IMG/VR virus record: IMGVR_UViG_3300035181_000357
Span: 1-64,000 of that record
Reading direction: 5' to 3' (one strand)
DNA: 64,000 nucleotides
The notes under the pieces: model-generated
The model's database searches: none
What the model saw: the letters and a program-made list of their open reading frames with translations, nothing else
What the model was told of the DNA's origin: nothing
In this document: piece by piece, positions 58,816 through 64,000 of the stretch
Position numbering within the stretch: position 1 is the stretch's first letter
How the letters are laid out: each line of letters begins with the position of its first letter
Made by a program: the position numbers and the translations under genes

Positions 58816-59562
58816 TTAATGGTTAGCTCTGGATACCATAATGTGATCGAAAGCTGGATCTTCTACGTCAATGTAGAAGGAACCTAGTAAATCAGGATCT
58901 TCTTTAAACAAGAAACTCATCTTTTCTAGTTTCCGTTTACTGTATCCCTGACCATTAGCACTCGCTTTGTCAATGAGGCCATATATCATTGCACCTAACG
59001 ACAGACTTAGTTCGTCATCCTTATCTAATAGAGCCTTTGAAACCTGCGATAGAACTCTTCGTACATCAGGTCTGTGTACATTGCTCTTCTTGGCTACAAT
59101 GTTAAAACTTCTATACTTTCTATAGTCTTCTATCAGAGTAGAAGTTTTTACACCTTTAAGCACATTCTCTAGTCCATTTGTAGACAGAACAGTACTAATT
59201 AGACCAGAATCAGGATTGGCCCCATATATAATTATGGCCCCAAGCTTCTTGATGGCCATACGAATCTTAAAGCTGCATATTGTTTGAGTGGATCTGTGTA
59301 TCTTTGCCAGGCACCATTGAGGCTTATTGATCATGTAATAACTTAGGAGTAATTCCTGGTCTTCAATCGAGATATTTCTTAAAATCTTTAGAAAATCTGG
59401 AAAATTCTCCTTTATATACATTGAGATATGTTCTTCAATCAAATCATTTTGAGTCTCTAACGAGACTGTTTGATCTTGAAACTTCTCATCACCACTCTCT
59501 TCGTATGCATCTACTGATCGTTTAGAGATTATTGCGTCGAAGTACGGGCTGATTTCGGGCAT
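58816..59562 (-). CDS. Sigma70 region-4-like / tandem HTH regulator
   Basis: LRNISIEDQELL..YY...KPQ..LAK.....Q.......RMAIKKL, plus a second HTH SFNIVAKKSNVHRPDVRR. Confidence 0.6.
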   Translation of the reverse strand: MPEISPYFDAIISKRSVDAYEESGDEKFQDQTVSLETQNDLIEEHISMYIKENFPDFLKILRNISIEDQELLLSYYMINKPQWCLAKIHRSTQTICSFKIRMAIKKLGAIIIYGANPDSGLISTVLSTNGLENVLKGVKTSTLIEDYRKYRSFNIVAKKSNVHRPDVRRVLSQVSKALLDKDDELSLSLGAMIYGLIDKASANGQGYSKRKLEKMSFLFKEDPDLLGSFYIDVEDPAFDHIMVSRANH

Positions 59563-59663
59563 ATAGTTAGTTCCTAACCTGGATAACTACTTTATTCATT
59601 CTAAAACTCCATGTACGCCAACGTTTACACGTTATCATTCACTTTAATTATTACCGATAAATA

Positions 59664-59697
59664 ATAAAAAGTCTCACATTTTAGTGAGACTTTTTAT
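59664..59697. terminator. Bidirectional intrinsic terminator
   Basis: ATAAAAAGTCTCAC-ATTTTA-GTGAGACTTTTTAT. Confidence 0.85.
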
Positions 59698-59714
59698 ATC
59701 CTACTTTTAAAGTT

Positions 59715-62342
59715 TTACTCAGCTACTAATTCAGGAGCTAGTTCAACATCCGATACAAATTCGCTTTCAGAACCTTCTTCAGAATCCTCTAGTTCCACAC
59801 CGAGATTATCGGCTAGATTCTCAACACCCTCAGCGAGATGGTCTAGATTACTATAGATCTCATTTAAGGACAAGCTAACTTCTTCTGGTTCCTCATCGGC
59901 TACACGTCTGAGACCAACAGCAAACTTCTTAGCAATACGCTTCTTAGCAATACGCTTCTTAGCAATACGCTTCTTAGCAATACGCTTCTTAGCTAGTTTG
60001 CCTTCCTTGGCTTCACCTTCTAGAGCCTCTTCCTCTAAGGATTCACCCTCTTCAGGAACAAGATCGTCAGGAGTCAGATTTAGATTCTCAGCAAGAGCAT
60101 CTAGAGCTTCTACCTGTTCCATGAACTTATCACGGAGTTCGGCAATGGCTTCACCTAGAGCTTCTGGCTCTTCCTCAGCAATACGCTTTAAAGTAGCGAA
60201 CTTGGAGGCAGCAGTCTTGGCTTCAGACAAGGCTTCTGCTTTTGCAGCTGCTTCCTTTTTCTTGGCGATAATCTGTGATAATCTTCCCATTGGTTTCTCC
60301 TGTGAACTGGTTACAGCGCTATCTTGCTTTTTAACAGACTTTTCTTCGTCTTCCATCTTGACTAGTTTCTTGGTATAATCGTTGACCAATTTGACCAGCA
60401 GATTGCTCTTATCGATGTTACCTTCTTTAATGAACTTGGTGATGCACTCTCTTAGGTTTACAATGGCCTTCTTGTAATATGAGAATGACTTCTGAGTCTT
60501 AGCTTCGAAATCCTTCCAGATCTCGTCGCTGACTTCATTTGTCAGAGTAGCATCAAAGAGAATAGCTAGATTTGGACCAACTTTCTTACCCATTGTTCTG
60601 GTAAGCCATGGGAAGAATTCAGCCTTGAACTCTTTAAGATCAGAAGAGCTCTCTAACTCAGTGTGGTCGTCAAGAGTTGGCTTGGTATCGAAAATATTAT
60701 AGGTCTCGTCACCAGTTCCAAATTCTGGCTGTACTTCCTGGTTCTTGATCTCAACCTTCTTCTTCTCTTCACCAGTCTCTGGATCGATCTCAACGGTCTT
60801 GTAAACCTTACCATAACCATAGTGTTCTCCGACCCAATCTCTGGCCTTGGATACAGAATAGCTGAACATCTTCTTCAAGAAAGTCGTTACCTGCTTCTCT
60901 AGTGGGTTGTCCTTGTCAGGAGCTCTGTTAGGATCAAACTTTAACAGAGTCTTCAACTGATACAAGTGAGTAATGATCATGTGGTGAGCAGCTTCGTCAC
61001 GCAGATCCTGGTCAGCAATAACCTTCTTGTAGATACTCTCCAAGTATGAACTCCAGTTCATATCCTCATCTACAGGGAGCCCAGCTTCCCTGATAGCAGT
61101 CTTGACATACAAGTCAAAGTCTTTGTTGTAGGAGGTGATCATGAGGTTTGAGAATCTTCTTAAGGTAGAGCCGAGGAGATTTGTTAAACTTGCTAGATGG
61201 GTTTTATTTAAGGTTTCTATTGAGCCGTCAAGATATCTTGCTTGAATTCTGAGATCATCAGTGGTTCGGGCAGCAGCGAGTACGCGGAACGGACGAGAGC
61301 CTGATGGCACCACATAGGACCCAAGCTTAAAGGCCTTCTTTAGACTTGCAATATTGGGTTCCATTGTTTCTAAGAAATTAGAAACTTCTTGGAAGTACTC
61401 TTCTTCATTCTGTGTAGCATTATAATAGGCCGAATCATAATTGTCTAAGTTCTCTTCGAAGTCACCAGCTTGGCCGTATTCTTCATACTTATCAAATGCG
61501 TGTAAGAATTCATATAGTTCAGATAAACCTAATTGGAAATCACTATATTCACTCTCTGTCATATCAAGCCACTGCATTACCTGAGCATCGTCGTTGGCAT
61601 CGATGAAATTCTGCCAGGCTTCACAGTCAGATGTTTCTTCCAAATCCTGAGGTAGATTCTTGACTACCTCTACTGGAATTTCATCCATATCGATATCTAA
61701 TGACATCTGGTGGGATTCTAGATCGAATCCTGGGAATCTCTCCTCGATTTTTCCTACATCATGGGAATTATCATCACAGAAACGGGACCAGGCATTACTC
61801 GTACCACTAATGTCAGTGTTATTCATGACGTCTTCAGCATCATCAAAGGAATGATATTCCTGGCCTGACTCTTCTGCATAATTCTCAAAAGCGGCATTGA
61901 CCAGTACTAATACTTTATTCACTTCTCCGAGAGTGCCCTCTTTAGGTAACTCGTTGAGGAGCATATCCCCTTGCCCATTTCCAGCATAGCCGTTTCCAAC
62001 CCACTGGCCGAATCCACCATTCTGAACCTGATAATGAAGCTTGGCGAGTGCAAACAACATCTTATGGGTATCGGAAGGAAGCTGCTTAAGCATCTCCTGC
62101 ATACTTTTATCACCCATCTGTTGCCAGTTCTTGTGAATCTCGCTGAGGGCCTTCTGAAGATAATCTTCATAGAACCCTGCGAACTTCGCATGAGGATTTA
62201 CAGCCTTAGACGATACAGGCTTCTCACGACCTTCTAGACCACGGTCTACAGAACCATCACTGGTTTCCTTTGCTTTCAGATGCTCGAAAGCTTCCGATGC
62301 AACAACGGTCTTAAATATATCTGCGGATAGTTTGTGACGCAT
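59715..62342 (-). CDS. Multidomain acidic protein: DMP19/DUF4375-like + sigma-like + scaffold-like repeats
   Basis: YQVQNGGFGQWVGNGY...DNYDSAYY; DEAAHHMI...KFDPNR...TTFL; duplicated EEPE..L.E......LA.NL C-terminal helices. Confidence 0.55.
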   Translation of the reverse strand: MRHKLSADIFKTVVASEAFEHLKAKETSDGSVDRGLEGREKPVSSKAVNPHAKFAGFYEDYLQKALSEIHKNWQQMGDKSMQEMLKQLPSDTHKMLFALAKLHYQVQNGGFGQWVGNGYAGNGQGDMLLNELPKEGTLGEVNKVLVLVNAAFENYAEESGQEYHSFDDAEDVMNNTDISGTSNAWSRFCDDNSHDVGKIEERFPGFDLESHQMSLDIDMDEIPVEVVKNLPQDLEETSDCEAWQNFIDANDDAQVMQWLDMTESEYSDFQLGLSELYEFLHAFDKYEEYGQAGDFEENLDNYDSAYYNATQNEEEYFQEVSNFLETMEPNIASLKKAFKLGSYVVPSGSRPFRVLAAARTTDDLRIQARYLDGSIETLNKTHLASLTNLLGSTLRRFSNLMITSYNKDFDLYVKTAIREAGLPVDEDMNWSSYLESIYKKVIADQDLRDEAAHHMIITHLYQLKTLLKFDPNRAPDKDNPLEKQVTTFLKKMFSYSVSKARDWVGEHYGYGKVYKTVEIDPETGEEKKKVEIKNQEVQPEFGTGDETYNIFDTKPTLDDHTELESSSDLKEFKAEFFPWLTRTMGKKVGPNLAILFDATLTNEVSDEIWKDFEAKTQKSFSYYKKAIVNLRECITKFIKEGNIDKSNLLVKLVNDYTKKLVKMEDEEKSVKKQDSAVTSSQEKPMGRLSQIIAKKKEAAAKAEALSEAKTAASKFATLKRIAEEEPEALGEAIAELRDKFMEQVEALDALAENLNLTPDDLVPEEGESLEEEALEGEAKEGKLAKKRIAKKRIAKKRIAKKRIAKKFAVGLRRVADEEPEEVSLSLNEIYSNLDHLAEGVENLADNLGVELEDSEEGSESEFVSDVELAPELVAE
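59926..59993. repeat. Perfect 15-nt coding repeat x4.5 encoding (KKRIA)4
   Basis: TTCTTAGCAATACGC repeated exactly. Confidence 0.95.
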
Positions 62343-62370
62343 ATTATCAGTCCTTGAAGAAGTAAGAGAT

Positions 62371-62568
62371 TTAGTCTAGGATTAGATCGTTTGGATCCCA
62401 AGACTGTTTGTCATCAGAAGATAACACTTCATCTAATACACCTAGAAACTCTTCGTGATCCTTGAAAGCAACATCACTGTGACCTTTGTCAGTAGCAGCA
62501 GTCTTTCCCTGTGCACTAGCATAGAGTCTGTTTAGAATAGTTGCATCTGGTTCTTGAATTTTAGCCAT
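62371..62568 (-). CDS. Small hypothetical head-region protein
   Basis: 65 aa, GGAG RBS, RLYAS/KTAA motifs. Confidence 0.6.
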   Translation of the reverse strand: MAKIQEPDATILNRLYASAQGKTAATDKGHSDVAFKDHEEFLGVLDEVLSSDDKQSWDPNDLILD

Positions 62569-62634
62569 GGTTATTTCTCCGAATAGTTATACCATCAATT
62601 AAAGTTCTGGAAGTCTAAATTGTATTTATTATGA

Positions 62635-63414
62635 CTAATGCGACTTCACAGGAGTTGTTCGTTCTACGACCTTTTCTTCTACCTCTACGGGTTTCTTTAC
62701 TACCTTCTTTTTCTTCTCTGGAACAGGTTTTTCTTCTACAGGCTCTTCCACTTCTTCCACTACTGGTATCTCTTCGATAGGCTCTTCTACAGGAGGGGGT
62801 TGTTCTACTAATTTCTCTTTTACGACAGGCTTGTTAATCTCAACAATTTCGTCGTCATCATCCTCAATAGGTTTGATAGTCGGAACCGTGTCATCATAAC
62901 GCTCTAACGTCTTCTCCACATTCTTATCCTTGAATTTCTCTAACAGCCTCTTTAGAAATGGATTTACTCTATCACTAACGATTTTGAGGTGTTTACAGAT
63001 TACGAACTGGAATCGTCTTGGATCAGTTGGAGCCTGATACTTATCTCGGGGAGTTCCTTCTAATGAGTCTCCTTGACCTAAGTTCCATTGTGCTCCCCAA
63101 TATAAGAAAGCTGGACAGCTACAACTGACTTTAACATCTAGATCTTTGATTGTAGATTTGTCAACAACCTGAGCCGTATCAAATCTGATTAATACAGTGT
63201 GGCCTCTGGGGTCAGAATCTTTCTCTTTGCATTTTACTTTGTATGTTAGTAGCATCTCATCAAGATCTACATTCTTAACAGACATATTACAGTTCTTAGC
63301 CTTAGCTACTGAGAAATCAGAAGTTAGTTGAACCAGATCTTTGATACTAAAAGCCACTTTATACCGGGATTGAGCTACCCAGTCACCGACTTTTGTTGTA
63401 ATCCAGACACTCAT
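62635..63414 (-). CDS. SWIM-type zinc-finger protein
   Basis: VSCSCPAF.YWG......CKH. Confidence 0.75.
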   Translation of the reverse strand: MSVWITTKVGDWVAQSRYKVAFSIKDLVQLTSDFSVAKAKNCNMSVKNVDLDEMLLTYKVKCKEKDSDPRGHTVLIRFDTAQVVDKSTIKDLDVKVSCSCPAFLYWGAQWNLGQGDSLEGTPRDKYQAPTDPRRFQFVICKHLKIVSDRVNPFLKRLLEKFKDKNVEKTLERYDDTVPTIKPIEDDDDEIVEINKPVVKEKLVEQPPPVEEPIEEIPVVEEVEEPVEEKPVPEKKKKVVKKPVEVEEKVVERTTPVKSH

Positions 63415-63431
63415 CTAACCCACCTATTAAA

Positions 63432-63454
63432 TCGGCCTTCATATAGAAGGCCGA
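63432..63454 (-). terminator. Terminator-like hairpin
   Basis: TCGGCCTTC-TATAT-GAAGGCCGA followed by TTT. Confidence 0.6.
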
Positions 63455-63473
63455 AATCCCAAAGCTATCTGAA

Positions 63474-63884
63474 TTACTTCTTCTTTGGGCGACCACCACG
63501 TTTTACGACGGCTTCAGTCTTAGCTTCTTCAGTGGTTTCTGTTTCAACTTCTTCAGTATTTTCGCCAACTTCTTCAACTTCTTCAGTGGTTTCATCTTCA
63601 ACCTCAACGACAGGAACGACGGAATCCACAGCAGGAACGACGACGGTCTCTACAACAACCTCAGGAGTCTTTACAGGCTCTTTAGATGCGGTCTTTAACC
63701 AGCCCTTCTCTTCCATTGAATCAACTGCGACATTTCTAATTTGGAATTGGGTTAGAAGATTATCTTCTCTATATACCACTAGGCTTTCTGTATCGGCATT
63801 GTAGACACAAGTATCTCCAACCTTTGACTGATAGCTGTGGTCCGTGAATGCTACAGAATATGCGAACGTATAAGATTTCATCAT
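63474..63884 (-). CDS. Hypothetical protein with acidic tail ending RGGRPKKK
   Basis: 136 aa, GGAG RBS. Confidence 0.6.
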   Translation of the reverse strand: MMKSYTFAYSVAFTDHSYQSKVGDTCVYNADTESLVVYREDNLLTQFQIRNVAVDSMEEKGWLKTASKEPVKTPEVVVETVVVPAVDSVVPVVEVEDETTEEVEEVGENTEEVETETTEEAKTEAVVKRGGRPKKK

Positions 63885-63944
63885 GGTTACTCCATTTATA
63901 TAATATAATACTCTACACTTATATGTACGTAAGTCATTTAATAT

Positions 63945-63970
63945 AAAAGGCTCTCCGAAGAGAGCCTTTT
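63945..63970. terminator. Bidirectional intrinsic terminator, UUCG loop
   Basis: AAAAGGCTCTC-CGAA-GAGAGCCTTTT. Confidence 0.85.
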
Positions 63971-64000
63971 AAGTTTGCTTAATCAGGGATTAAGGACGAG

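Noticed and set aside
23910-59714. tRNA or other canonical RNA genes in the larger intergenic gaps (23910-24051, 48224-48322, 59563-59714)
   Set aside because: No cloverleaf or T-loop consensus was recognisable; the gaps contain terminator-type hairpins instead.
1458-63804. Numerous + strand ORFs and short nested minus-strand ORFs in the track (e.g. 13660..14211, 59998..60378, 63328..63804)
   Set aside because: They lie antisense to or inside long motif-bearing minus-strand genes, have S/L/F-rich shadow composition and lack RBSs.
1-64000. Stop-codon reassignment
   Set aside because: TAA, TAG (e.g. 5426) and TGA (e.g. 7796) all end genes, and code-11 ORFs tile the window densely.
63971-64000. 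3' end of an upstream gene at the window edge
   Set aside because: Too short to assign a frame or product.

Overview
The window is 64 kb of a large, AT-rich, tailed dsDNA phage genome in the standard genetic code. Essentially every real gene is on the minus strand and tightly packed; the + strand ORFs are antisense shadows. Reading the coordinates upward: tail-fibre/structural genes with a degenerate GIY-YIG endonuclease (1-6.1 kb). Next is a nucleotide/cofactor cluster (6.1-13.2 kb): CoaD, DHH phosphoesterase, MazG/DUF550-like pyrophosphohydrolase, a thymidylate-synthase-family enzyme with the dCMP-specific Asp, an NDT-like protein and dCMP deaminase. A recombination/replication block follows (11.5-33 kb): SbcD, SbcC split across distant genes, RecA, RuvC, SSB, HU, DnaC-like, SNF2, two TOPRIM proteins and DnaX-like, with an actin-like ATPase coupled to a NusG paralogue. 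Then come giant beta-propeller/Ig tail proteins, portal, family-A DNA polymerase, a stand-alone primase Zn finger, a sigma-like factor and the large terminase (33-53 kb). The last block (53-64 kb) holds probable head/internal proteins rich in K/R-x-A motifs, including an ADP-ribosyltransferase-like protein and a DMP19-like + sigma-like multidomain protein. A perfect (GAGAA)16 microsatellite, a 15-nt coding repeat and several strong hairpins are present. I saw no tRNA, rRNA, CRISPR array, integrase or intein. All family calls come from motif recognition by eye, not database searches.
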